Shown here in pieces: positions 26,990 to 45,245 of a stretch of DNA of 64,000 nucleotides. The position numbers were made by a program, and so were the translations under genes. The notes beneath the pieces were generated by a model. It saw only the letters and a program-made list of their open reading frames with translations. It searched no databases and had not been told where the DNA came from. Source of the stretch: the human T2T-CHM13v2.0 reference genome, Homo sapiens; the NCBI RefSeq assembly GCF_009914755.1, contig NC_060932.1; one strand, given 5' to 3'. The stretch's first letter is position 1. Each line of letters begins with the position of its first letter.

Positions 26990-27335
26990 CCTGATTCTGT
27001 TGGCCTAGACTGCTTGTTCTTTCCCTTCTGTTTTATGTACTTAGCTCCTGCTCATTTTCAGGTCTCAGTTTAAATGCCACTTCTCAGGGAGACTTCTCAG
27101 ATACCCCAGATGATCCCCTTGCCACATAAATTCATGTATCTTTCCTCGGTGACAGTTTTCACACTTGTAATTTCACAAGCATTTGTGTAATTATTTGATT
27201 ATTGACTTTCTGTCTTGAAAATAAAGTTTAGTAAGCAAGAACTGTGTTTATTCTTGCTTGACACTGTGATACTACCCTCTGCCATTTACCTAGCACATCA
27301 TGGATGTTCAATAAATATTTGTGGAATTAATTAAC
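26990..27335 (+). mobile_element. L2 3' end
   Basis: tcaggtctcagtttaaatgccacttc...tcaataaatatttgtggaatt. Confidence 0.65.
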
Positions 27336-27905
27336 ATAATATTAAAAGTCACTGTTGAGATTCAAACTTATCTGGAAAAGACTGTGAACCTTAGCATGAA
27401 TCAATACAATGGATTCCAATATTCATCCACAAATACAATCTGGCAAGACGTATTACTTCTCTTTATTTTTCTATCATTGAATCTATTTTTATTTTTAATT
27501 CTTCATTTACAGCTAAGGTGGCAAAAAATTAATCTCAGTCATTTTATGTTTCCTGACATTACTGGAGGCATTCCCAGTCCAGGAATCCTTTTCTACTGAA
27601 TACAGAAATTAGATCCCTAATTTCTCATAAGTTTTTTCTATAATTGGGGTTACGCCCAGAGTCTTCACCCTTTCTTTGAGGGGATGGGCTTTTAAAAACC
27701 ACAGCCAAAATGATTGATTTCTCCCCCAGTTTTCTGCCGTATAATAGCCATTTCCTTAGGTAATGAATGTACAAAACTTTAGCTGCATGACTGGAAGTAG
27801 AGGGTGGAAGAGAGGGATAAAAGATAAATTTTGGAGAAAAAAATTGGTCAATAACTTTAAAAAGCTGTTGTCCTATCACATTCATCTACCTAAAACATAA
27901 GAGGT

Positions 27906-27939
27906 ATTGCTTCTCACCCTTTTGGCTAAGATCAAGTGT
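27906..27939 (+). pseudogene. 3'-truncated U2 snRNA retropseudogene
   Basis: ATTGCTTCTCACCCTTTTGGCTAAGATCAAGTGT matches U2 nt 1-34 (ATCGCTTCTCGGCCTTTTGGCTAAGATCAAGTGT) at 31/34; degenerate 14-bp TSD. Confidence 0.88.
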
Positions 27940-28469
27940 GAAAAATAAGGGGTCATAAATGATTTTGCATGAACAGATTTAGCATCACAGAAATTTTAAC
28001 TGCAACAAGACAGATGAGGAAGAACAAACAATATTTTCCAGGTAAGGTCTATCCCTGTGGAATGTAGCACAATCTGGGATAGAGTAAGCTCTCAGCTCAT
28101 AGTTCCTGAATTGAAGAGCATCCTAAATTTCTCCTCTGTAATTACTCATTAAGTGCCTGTTAAATTGTCATCTCCATCTCTGGATCATAAGTTCCATGAA
28201 GGGATGAACTTTGAATCAGGGACCTTGTGTCATGCTGCCAGCACCTACTATAATGCCTGTCACAAAATAAGTGCTGGACAAGTATTTATTAAATAAATAA
28301 ATGTATTAAACAGGAAAAAGGAAGATGAGAATGTACAGAGCCAAAATTCCTCTTTCTTCAAATCCCAGCTCAAATTTTAAGCCTTCATCTTCTTAGAAGC
28401 TCCCCTTAGAAGTTTTTGCTCACACCTCTGACCTCCCCCAAATGCTTTGTTTAGTCTTCTTAGAGTATT

Positions 28470-28730
28470 TATTAGGAAACAGTATACACAATGGTAAGGA
28501 TACAAACCCAGGAACCAGAATTTGTTTGAATACTAGCTCCCGCTGTTTGTAAGCTGCATTATCTTGAGCAAATTACTTAAGGTCCCTGAGCTCTGCTTTC
28601 TTATCCACAAAATTGAGAAAATTATATGATCAATTTTATTAGGCTTGTTGTAAGGATTAAACTACATAATAAATGAAAAACATTTAGTCCAATATCCAAC
28701 ACATAGTAAGCACTCAACAATTATCTATTA
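28470..28730 (+). mobile_element. MIR SINE
   Basis: ttgagcaaattacttaa...ctgagctctgctttctt...acatagtaagcactcaa. Confidence 0.65.
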
Positions 28731-29645
28731 CATGTATCACTCTCCACTTTGGCAATGATAGTTTTAAAACTGCTGCGTTTATTGAACATTTACTATATTC
28801 CTAGTACTATGGAAAGCCCAGAATATGTTTTCTTAAATAATATGGGTTTATATGAGTTTTCACAATGCAGCCATAGTTGATTCTATGGGTTATTATTTTA
28901 CCTATCAGCCATTATGAAACTGAGACTGAAAGGGATTACATAAACTGTCTGAGTTCTCATAAGTAGTAATTAGATTTACTGTCATTTGAGCACAGCTGAT
29001 ATTGCAGGAGCCCCACACACTGTCTCCATAGATGTACACATCTTATGTCTTGTACTGAATTGTAAATTCCATTGCAGGCAAGGATTTGATCTGATTTATC
29101 TTTGTATCCCCTGATGTATCTAGCTTAATACCTTATATGCCAATGATGAGTAAATATTTATTAAGTGATTGTATACAAAGTGAAGGGACCTCAAAGTCAA
29201 ACTTTATCAATGTCACAATTCTGTCCTAGCATTAACTCTGCAGAAGTTGTTCACATGCATTTTGAGTAGAGGGAATCCTTTCTAGCAGCACCCATACTAA
29301 CAGTCACATTCTAAAGGGCAGTGCTGCCCCAACAAAAATGGCATGTAAATAGGTCCTTTGTGCCACCACGTCTATCTGCACATTGGCTGGGCTCATCCAA
29401 TACTTAGTACCCTAGAAAGTTGGTATTTATACTATGGCAGCAGCATGGACTGTACATATTTGAAATTTTAAAAATTGTTTATGATGGATGCAGTGATCTT
29501 CCTCAGAAAATACTAATAGCAACCATTGTTCAGAATAAAGAATCAAGAACTTGAGCATCAGACACAAAACAGGAGCAGCTAGGAAGTGAATTGCCAGCTC
29601 CAGAGAGGAAAGGACTTAACTGGTAAAGAGTATAAGAGTTCACAG

Positions 29646-30235
29646 TAAAATAGAGCTACCATTCAACCCAGCAATCTCATTATTGGGTATATACCCAAAC
29701 GAATATAAATCTTTCTACCATAAAGACTCATGCACATGTATGTTCATTGCAGCCCTGTTCACAGTAGCAAAGACAAGGAATCAACCTACATGCCTATCAA
29801 TGGTGTACTGAATAAAGGAAATCTGGTACATATAAACCATGGAATGCAGCCACAAAAAAAAAAAAAAAAAAAAAAGGAATGTAATCATATCCTCTTCAGC
29901 AACATAGATGGTGCTGGAGGTCATTATCCTAAGGGAATTAATGCAGAAACAGAAAACCAAGTATTGCATGTTCTGACTTACACATGGGAGATAAACATTG
30001 AGTACACAAGGGAGGGAACGACAGACTCTGGGGCCTACTTGAGGGTGGAGGGTAGGAGGAGGGTGAGGATTTAAAAATTACCTATCGAGTACTATGCTTA
30101 TTACCTGGGTGACAAAATTATCTGTACACCAAAACCCCAAGACGCAATTTACCCTTGAAACAAACCTGCTCACGTACTCCTTGAACTAAAATAAAAGTTG
30201 GAAAGAAAACACATAAAAATAATAAAAATTTTACA
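29646..30235 (+). mobile_element. Older L1PA/L1PB 3' end (5'-truncated)
   Basis: ORF2 C-terminal and 3'UTR similarity; perfect 12-bp TSD aagagttcacag (29634-29645 / 30236-30247). Confidence 0.9.
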
Positions 30236-30266
30236 AAGAGTTCACAGGATTCCAAAACTGCTAGAG

Positions 30267-30452
30267 CAGCAGTTCTTTAAGTTTGGTCCATGGACCATCA
30301 GCACTGGCATCACCTGGGAACTCAACAAGCAATGTAAACTCTCAGGCCCCACCCAGATTTTTGAAATAAGAAACTTTAATATGAGACCCAACAAACTGTT
30401 ACAAGAAGCCCTCAGGATGATTCTGATGAATACTCAAGTTTGAGAACCACTG
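30267..30452. mobile_element. MER5A hAT-Charlie MITE
   Basis: ggcatcacctgggaact...aagtttgagaaccactg. Confidence 0.85.
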
Positions 30453-33400
30453 AGTAGAGCATAGATCTTCACAATGTATAACTTCATTCTCCAGATATGA
30501 ATTCTGAGACACATAATTTTTTCATGACCACACAGCTAGTTAGTAACGACCAGAATAGGTACCTCCTGGTTCAGAGTAAGGAGGGCTGGGAAAGGTAAAG
30601 GCAGATGTAAGGAAACTTTATGTTCCTGGAGCCTAAGTCTCATTTTTAAAATATAGATTGTGAGAACGGCTGTTATTTCTGGATGAAGGCTGCAGGGACA
30701 GGCTCTGAAGACCACTGGATTAATGGTTGGAAGTCCTAGAGTAAAAAGAGTTAAACCAGTGTTCTTTACTGAAAAACATTTAATATGAGGATATGGAATA
30801 TTAATCTTCTGGAGGATAACAGGGTAAATAGCATTTAAAAATTTTTTTTTGACCATAAACTGTGTTAGGTTATAAAAACAGAAAAAGTGAAATGCCCCAG
30901 AAGCTGGCCAGGTTGCCATGTGACCACCATACACTTCCGTTTCTGGTTCTTAATTTCAGAAGTTTCTTTCTAAAGCAGCATTCAGGGGAAAAAAATGGGA
31001 AATGCTGGCCTACATTTATGTCAAAATAGTAAGTAATTTTTGTTTTATAACTGATTTATGTTTTAATTGTCAATCAATCAGTCAGAATCACATGTGCTTA
31101 CCTTGTAGTTCACAGGGTCCTAAAGGGTTCCTGGTTCCCAAGGTTCTATAAGCTCCCTGAAATTATAAGCAACATTTTGAGTATGTGTAAATGTGGTATT
31201 TTTCTGGGGGATTTCCAGAGATTTTTCATTAAATTTTCTAAGGGACCTATGGCTTATGCAATCACTAGATTTGTTAGCTCCCTGAAAATGCAGCTAGTGA
31301 CATCTGGGTTTTCCCTTTATTAACTTAGAGTCTCACAATTTTTCACTTAATTCTACTACAGAATTCTCCTGATTGCTCATGTTACTTCCATTCCAGTCTT
31401 TCTTGGGTCTGTACTCTAATTTTCTTAAATTTCTAATCTATTACATTCATTTCTAAAAACCTTTAATGGCTCCACTGTTGACTGCCAATTCAAGTACAAA
31501 TGCTGTAGACCTCCCACAATAAGGCTCTTATTATCTTGTCTTTCTCTCATTCTTGTGTATCCTACAGCCAAATAGACAACTTTCTCCAAAGATATACTTA
31601 CCCATACTACCTCTATATTTGGACTGCCTAGGTCTATTTCCTTCTTCAACATTCTTTACATGCTTCTAAAAAGCCTTCTCTTCCATGAAGTCTTCTTGAT
31701 TCCCCAAATATTTATTATGATTTTCACCTTCCATCATGAACCCAAAGTAAATATGTGCCAATCTCTTATGAAACTAATCCTACTTGGAATTCATATAATC
31801 ATTATTGATGTGCTTACTACCCATCCTGTGCCAGGGCACAGGAACTGTTATTCCCCTTGTTTTAAATTTGTCATTGGGTCCTTTCACTGGATCACCCCAT
31901 TCAAGGCTTTCACCAAAAAAGTAGTATTGGCCCCTATCATGTTTTAATCTGAAATGCTCAGATTTTGATTTTTAAAAAGATTTGTTTTCTAGTTCAGAAA
32001 CCGAACCACAGACAGCGGCTTCTATGCAAGCTCGTCTTATTTCTAAGATGAAAGAATACTATTAAGGCAGATCAATAAAACAACAAAGATTTCCCCTTTC
32101 TCTTTGTTCTTTTGCTCCTTGTGTTGAAGAACCCTCAAATACATTTTCAGAACTCAGGAGTCAAAAATAATCATTTTTGTTTTTAATGGATCAATTGACC
32201 TCTAGTAGTCATCATTTCCTATTCCTACTTTTTTTCCTCTTCAGTTGAAATGCCTAACCTGGAGAAAGATGTCCCCTACCTCAACCCAAGGCCCTAAGCA
32301 GTCTGCTTCAGTCTGACATATGGACAAAAATCACAGTGAAGATGAAGTAGGAACAGAGTAGTAGGTAGCCACGACCATGGAAGCAGCAGAGTTCGGAGCC
32401 AGCTCTATCTGTGTGTGTTAGGACGGTGGGGAGCTCCAAGGCTAAAATCTTCTGATGGTCTAGGATCCTCTTTTATTCATTGCCATCATGAAAGAGAGTT
32501 TTAAATGAACCCATTGGCTCTGGATCTATTGACACAAACAAAATGTTTCTTGAAATAAAACTTAGGCACAGAACTTCGAGTTTCCACATTGAGAAAAATC
32601 CTACCATAGCCATCAATTTATATACTTATAAAAGATAATCGGGGCTCACTCCCCTTTTCCTAGCTCTCATTTCTCTCATTGGATAATGACTGATACCAAC
32701 TGGCAGAGACTGATTGGCACACACAAACAGAATGATGGCTGAGTCAACACAAGCGCTTACCTACCACCCCTCCATGTGTTTACGCTTAAGCATCTCAATT
32801 AACTGTTCATGTTCAGTATATTTTCTTTATTCCTGGCAAACTCAGCTATGTATAAGTGAAAAGAGCAATCTACCAAAAATAACCTAAGTGGGTCCTAATC
32901 TCCTCTCAACATTTTCTGTCTGACTTTGGGCAAGTCTTCTTTCTACCTGTTGGCCTTGGTTACTCTCTATAAAACAGGAATAATGTCTTGCTTTTCTCAT
33001 TAAGTCTTGTGTCTGCTCTAAGTTATGTGGATGCTACAATTCAATAAATGTTAAATGATGCTAACAGTTTGCCTCATATCCTTCAAAAGTACCTTGAATG
33101 CTTAGGATGAATCCAATAAATAAACTAACATAAATTCGATATCTAGGAGAACTGCTTAATGAAAGAGTAACTGAAGTATTGCCAAGTTAATTATTACCAA
33201 TCAGGGTGGGTGTGAGAGATGATTTGCTTTTTTCAACTTCAATTTGAGAGATTGATTTTATGGTTTCTCAGGTCTCCTTCACTGTTGAAATCCTACAAAA
33301 CAAATGGAGAATCGATAAAAGAAAAGTGTGCTATGGCTTAAGCCTGAGTTCCTGTTCCCTCCATCTTTCCAGTTTTTCCGAAATCAGTGTTGCTATCATG

Positions 33401-34601
33401 GTTCTGTTTTGATTAAAAATCTAGATACGCACACACAGTTTTTTAAAAATAATTCAAATATGTGTGGGCAATGATATTCTGCTATGGTCTTTTCCAAGTG
33501 CTGTGCACTATCCCAGAACATTGGGAAATTCTACATTCAAATATTAAAACAGAAGACCTGCATGAAATGTGCATTTACTTTTATTTGAGCTTATCTATTT
33601 AATAAGGCATTTGGTCTAGAACCTCTTTCTGTTACCATGCTTGAAATTTAACTAACTTGCTTCTTAAGAATGACCATAAAGGGTATGATATTGCAAAAAA
33701 TCACATTTTATGATAATTTTATAATAATATAGAAAATATGGTCTGTACCACACAATGGCAGGCTCAGTGACAGACAGTCAGTCTTCATTTATCCAGGATG
33801 ATTGGGAAATGAGGTGTCTCTGCTGTGATTTGTCCTGATAACTGAGGCTTATTCCCTTTGCATGCCAAAAGGTTTTATTTAAACTAATTTCAGTAGAAAG
33901 ATTTCTCAAATGTGTCACAGTGTCCAGCCTAATTAAATATATACTGAAGCTATTAACCTGTTGTTAATGAGAAACTCAGCACATGGCTATCAGCCATCAT
34001 ACAGGGCCACATCATGGTCAGAGGGGAGCCTGAGAGGGGAAACCTCGCTTGTTCCTTTGCTCAGCACCCCCAACTTGTTCTGCTTTCTGAGTCGTGTCTG
34101 TAATAGGCTTTCTATTCCCTTTCTCACTATTAGTGGCCTTTTTTTTTAATCAGTTTTCAATACTCTCACTCCAAGCAATTTTTCATTCTTTTAAATTCCT
34201 GTTTTTAATTTGTAGAAAGCCCAATAATAAAGCCCTGTTAGGACTAGATAGTAAACAAGAATCATTCCAATTGGGGTACAACTAGGAGTCAGTGAGGATC
34301 AATGAGGGTTCGTGTGCAGACAAGTAGATGTTCCAGCTGCCTGGTTTTCTACCGGGACCCAGAGAGTGAGGTTACTGAGAGCCTTCCATCCGAGCAGCAA
34401 GTACTCTTATTATTTTTCTTTGTATTTTTATCTCATTATTTCACTCTGATAGCTTATATTACCTATGTTATATATAAAGTCCTTACCTACATTATATATA
34501 AAGTCCTTGAGGGCAGGAAACATATTTTATTGTTCATCTGTTTTGCCACACTACCTAAAATAGTGCTGAGTACATTTAAAAAAAAAAAAAAAAAAAAAAA
34601 A

Positions 34602-34917
<316 letters not shown>

Positions 34918-35309
34918 TTATGTAATTTGGCTATGCTATGCTTTCCCCCAGAACCTTAGAGAAATCCACATTGAAACGTTAATTCAATATGATACCTATT
35001 TCTGTCATTTGGCATTATTTGTGCCATACTTTTCTTCCAATAGCGTTGACTGACTTGCCCTAGACTTTGCTGTAAATAAATATAAAGATTTCTTGTTTAA
35101 TTTGTGGTACTGTAATTGGAAACTAGTCTCCCCCTCAGCTATTCTCTTTTTTTGATTAGCAATCCTTGCATAGAGAATCTCCAGCTCTACCCTAAAGCCC
35201 AACTATAGTCCTTATTTTTCATACCTTGAAGGCCCAGTAACTCATCAATATTTCTTAAGCTGTGCCTAACTTAAACTTTTTGGCCTATCAAAGGATCTTT
35301 CTTTTTTAG

Positions 35310-38185
<2,876 letters not shown>

Positions 38186-39039
38186 AAAATGGTCCTCAGA
38201 AACAAAAGCAAAGACACCTTGAATATCTGGCCCATTTATATATTTATTCTGAATTTTTTATGTAATACCGTATGTTATTTCAATTCTTCTCATCCTGCAC
38301 GTCACTACAGGAAATCATCTTTCCTTATGGCGTCAACTTTCTGAGCATCACCTTCTTGATTTGCCCAGAATGTGAAAGTGCATGCGCTGTCTTCCACGCA
38401 GCAAACATTTCTTGCTTCTGTCTGTAATGTTTTGGTTGCTTTTGAAGTCATTCTCTAAACCTGTAATGTGTGCAGGTCACTTGTCTGTAGACACTTGGAA
38501 AGTGGGGTCACTGATCTAAAGACAATATGCTAATACCAAGCTCTGCTTTATACATAGTACCTGTAACCAAATCCTCTTGAAAATCCATGATACCTTAAGT
38601 TTTATTTCAAGAAACATTTTGTTTGTGTCAGTAGATCCAGAGCCAACGGGTTTATTTAAAAACTCTCTTTTATGATGGCAGTGAATAAAAGGGGATCCTA
38701 GACCATCAGAGGATTTTAGCCTCGGAACTCCCCACCCTCCTGGCAGTGGTAAGGTCTATTCATTTTCTGATCTTATTGCAATCATTCACTGGATATCTCC
38801 TTTGACATGACCTTCTTTTCTCAAAGCTAACTCTTTAAAACCCCTTCTCATTTACTTGTGAGAAAAAAGGTATGAAAGTCACCTTTGTGCTTATGGCAAA
38901 CATTCATTTTTCTTCACGATGCTCTTGAAAATCCAGAATGACCACAGCTTATCCTGATCCTTCAGCTGTACACTCCATAAGCACAATGTAGGATTCATAC
39001 AATATAGTCCCATAGGTGGCTAAATAGATTTTACAGTAA

Positions 39040-40940
<1,901 letters not shown>

Positions 40941-41029
40941 TGAACTAACTTTTGATTAGGTATTTAATTTGAGATGTTTCCTCCTTTTAATATAGGTGTT
41001 CAGAGCTATAAATTTCCCCTTAAGCATTT

Positions 41030-42790
41030 CTTATGCAAGATGAACACTTTAGATTCGAAGACAAAAATAGGTTGAAAGTAAAATATTGGGGAAAGATATA
41101 CCATTCCAACAGTAATCAAAAAAGAAGTGAAGTAACTATATTTATATAAGACAAAATAGATTTCAAGACAAAAATTATTACTATAGACAAAGATATTTTA
41201 TAATGATGAAAGGGCCAATCCACCAAGAAGATAAAACAATTATAAACCCATATGCACTTAACAGAAGGGCCCAAGAAAACATGAAGCAAAATTGACAGAA
41301 TTGAAGGGAGAAATACATTAATTCAATACTCTAATCTCAATAATGGATAGAACAACTAGACAGAAGATCAACAGGAAATAGAAGACTTGAGCAACAGTAT
41401 AAACAAACTGGGCCTTGCAGCAGCTGCAGAACACTCCATGAAACAACAGAATACACGTCCATCTCAAGTGCACATTGAACCTTCCCCAGGATGGAACGTA
41501 GGTTAGGCCATAAAAGACGTCTCAGTAAATTTAAAAGGACTAAAATAGTACAAGTATGTTCCTAGACCATAATGGGAAAAAAATCAGTAACACAAGGAAA
41601 TTTAGGAAGTAGGAAATTCACAGATAGTGGAAATTAAACACACAATATTAAATAACCAGTGGGCCAAAAAAGAACTCACAAAGAAAATTTAAAAATACAT
41701 AAGAGTTTTTTAAAAAGTGCTATGGCAACGTAAGTTTCACATGCAAAAGAATGAAGTTGGTTCCCTATGTCATATTATGTACAAAAATTAACTCAAAATC
41801 GATAAAATATCTAAATATAAAGGCTGAGATTATAAAACTCTTAGAAGAAAACATAGGTGTAAAATCTTCATGACTTTGGATTAGGCAATGGTTCTTAAAT
41901 ATGACACCAAAAGCACAAGCAATAAAATAAAAAAATAAGTACATTGGACTTCATTACAATTAAAACTTTTGTGCTGCAAATGAATACAGTAAAAAAGAAA
42001 CCTAAAGAATAGGATAGCTTATTTGTAAATCATATATCTTGTTCAGCTCTCATATCCAGAATATGTAAAGAATTCTTATAATTCAATAACAAAAACACAA
42101 ATAACACAATTTAAAAAATGGGCAAAAGATTTGAACAGACATTTCTACAAATATATATATATATGCAAATGGACCAATAAGCACATGAAATGGTGTTGAA
42201 CGTCGATTGTCCTTAGAGAAATGCAAAGCTACAGTGAGATACTACTTCACACTCACAAGCCTGGCTATAATAAAAAAAGACAGGAAAAATAACCACAGGC
42301 GGTGTTGAAGATGTGAAGAAACTGGGACCCTCATACATTGTTCGGGGGGAATGTAAAATGATGCAACTGCTTTGGAAAACAGTTCAGCAGTTTCTAAAAA
42401 AGTTAAACATAAAATTACCTTTAAGATTCAGCAATTCTACTCCTAGATATACACCCAAGACAACTGGGTATATATAAACTTATATTTCCTTTATGCCCAC
42501 ATACACCCTTAGATATATGTAGATATAAATATATGCCTAAACAAAATCTTGTATATGGATGTTGCTAAAAGCATTATTCATGGTAGCTAAAAAATAGAAA
42601 CAATCCAAATATCCATCAGCTGAAGAATAAAGAAAATGTGGTATATTTATATGATAAAATATTATTTGAACGTAAAAAAGAATGAAGGACTGATACATAC
42701 AATAATATGGATGAAGCTTGAAGACATTATACTAAGTAACGAAATTGGTCCCAAAAGGCCACATATTGTGTGATTCCATTTGTACGAAAT
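41030..42790 (+). mobile_element. L1M (MB/MC-like): ORF2 endonuclease fragment joined to the 3' end
   Basis: atagatttcaagacaaaa...ataatgatgaaagggccaatccaccaagaag (EN region), then a jump near 41720 to aaaattaactcaaaat... and the 3'UTR. Confidence 0.75.
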
Positions 42791-43170
42791 GAGAAATTTC
42801 TATGGATCTTTTATGTTTCCTTGAAAATTATATGTATTCTACAACTGTTGGATACAGTGTCCTATAAATGTCTATCAGGTTCCATTCAAATCTTCTACAG
42901 TTTTACTAAGTTTTTAATGTGCTTGATCTACCAATGAAAGACAAATGTTTAGATCTCCCATTTTGATAGTGAAATTGTCACTTTCTCCTTGTAGTCCTAT
43001 TAATTTTCATTGTATATGCTTGAGGCTATTGGGTCCATACAAGTTTAGAATTATTACATCTTCCTAGAAAATAGAATATTTTATCATTATTTAATCAGCA
43101 TCTTTATCTCTAGTAATATTTCTTTCCTTAAAATATATTTTGCCAGATATTAATATAATTACATCAACTA
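42790..43170 (-). mobile_element. Old L1M ORF2 fragment
   Basis: gtattctacaactgttggatacagtgtcctataaatgtc...aagtttagaattattacatcttcc. Confidence 0.65.
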
Positions 43171-44879
43171 GCTGTAATTATATATTTTCAACTAACATTG
43201 TAAGCTTATTAAAGGATTCCTTTACATTCAATGTGAAATAATTGATTACCTTAATAAGAACAATTTGGAGGATTTTAAATTTTATAAAGTGCCTTTTCAT
43301 GTGGCCTTTTGCTTTTTCACTAAGGTATTTCATTCAAAAGCATCTGATGTTGCTGTCAGTTTCTCAAAACATCTGACAGTTGTAAGTTGCTAACCAACAT
43401 ACAATCATGTCCATGTCATGAGTTATGTCAAATGATACCAAAATATGCTGACTTAATTACCAACACACAAAGAACCTTCTTAATTAATCAGCTGATATGA
43501 TGGACAATTACACTGTTTTAGAAGTTAGAATTACATAGTCATAAAACTAGGTTTAAATATTTTCTCTGCTCTGTAATATATAAAATGGGCTTTGACATGA
43601 CATTAAAGTAAGTCTTTTTTTAAACCAATGCTTGCTCTGGATTATATTTACTCTGCAAAATATAAACCTTCTTTATCAATAACTTCAATCCATCAATTTA
43701 TCTCACTACTTTTCTTTTCATTGCCTGCTCTCGTTGACCTGTATTTTCTCTGCAATTTCAAGGACAGTGCCATAACAACAGCAATAATACCTTTCATCTC
43801 ATATAGTTCTTTGAAGTGTAAAAAGCATTTGTAGGCATATTAGTAGGTGCTCAATAACTAGTTGTTGAACTGAATTATCCTGCTTCTTCATGATTACCAA
43901 ATAGGAATTTAACAATGACATAATCAAGAATGTTCTTTGTGTGGCGCTGAATGTCCTGGAAGCTGAGTGTGTTCCCAATCTCTATGACTGTGTCTCCAGC
44001 CTTATGCACTTAAAATGTCTACTGCAATTTCCTTCATTATTATGTACTAAGAATGCAGCCAAGAAAGACTGCTCACCTCTATGAAGTATACCTAAGCCAA
44101 GGATGTTAAATTCCATCCTTACCATCAAATATAGATTTTCTATGAAAAGGTCAATCCATTTTTAAAAGCTGAATGGATAACTGGAAAGTAATTTACAGCT
44201 GATTAATATTTAGGGACCAAAAAATCCAGTACAAGAATATTTCCCAGATTTATTGAACTTTGATTATGACTTGATTGAATTTTCATTTTTTTCATTCACT
44301 CAGTTCTTACCTTTTTTTGGTTCTGAACTAGTCAGTGGAATGTCACTGGCCATGTTGAGCTTCGTAATTCTGCTACCTTTATTGAATTAATCTATTTCTA
44401 TGGCAAGACTGCCAGCTTGAGATAGTCTTTTGCCTGCTGAGCCATTTGCAGTGATGGATGACACAAGGAATAGTAACACTTTCCAATTTGGCATCTTTTA
44501 GGCATTAACTGGGTCTTTTATTACACATCCTTTCAGTCTTACTCTTATTTTTCTTTGAATTCATTGACTTCTAGACAAGAAAATGACACATTTCCTTAAG
44601 GAATCCCCTTTAGCTAGCAGTTGATGTCATTTTAAAAAGAACTTTTTAGAAAAGACAGAAGTGACTCTTAAAACTTAATGTTCTTCCTTTGGAAATAAGG
44701 TGAAAATTTTGTTAAAATAGGTGAACAAGTATTTGTTTACCTAATAATAGAATATATTGTATAGAGAGAACCACCTGAAGCTTGAAATTGGTATTTTATG
44801 AAAATTAAGAGAGAGTAATATTTAATAATTTACAACATTTGTAGTAACTTTATGTGTAAGCAATGAGTATTGCTGTTTG

Positions 44880-45245
44880 AATGATATTTTCACTTCTCTC
44901 CTTCCATATGCAGGACAGATTTATAGTTCCTGACCCCCTTATGGTTGAGTGGGGTTATTCAGCTAGTTCCACCTACTGAATTGTCTGATTATGAGTGTGT
45001 CATTTCTGAGCTGCGTCATGCAATGTGAGATCCTCAAGGGTTCTCTTTTCCCTCTGGCTGGCAACTGACAATGTTTGAGACAATGACTATCTTGTCAGTC
45101 AGTCTGATTCACCAAGTCACTACTTCAAGGAATCCACCTCTGCTGATTTGCAATGGACGGGTAGCATGCCAAGAAACAATCCTTTGTTACCTAAACTACT
45201 GGGATTTGGGGTTTATTTGTTACTGCAGCATAAACTAGTTTTATA
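44880..45245 (+). mobile_element. MLT1 (I/J-like) LTR
   Basis: ctactgggatttggggtttatttgttactgcagcataa 3' end. Confidence 0.6.
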
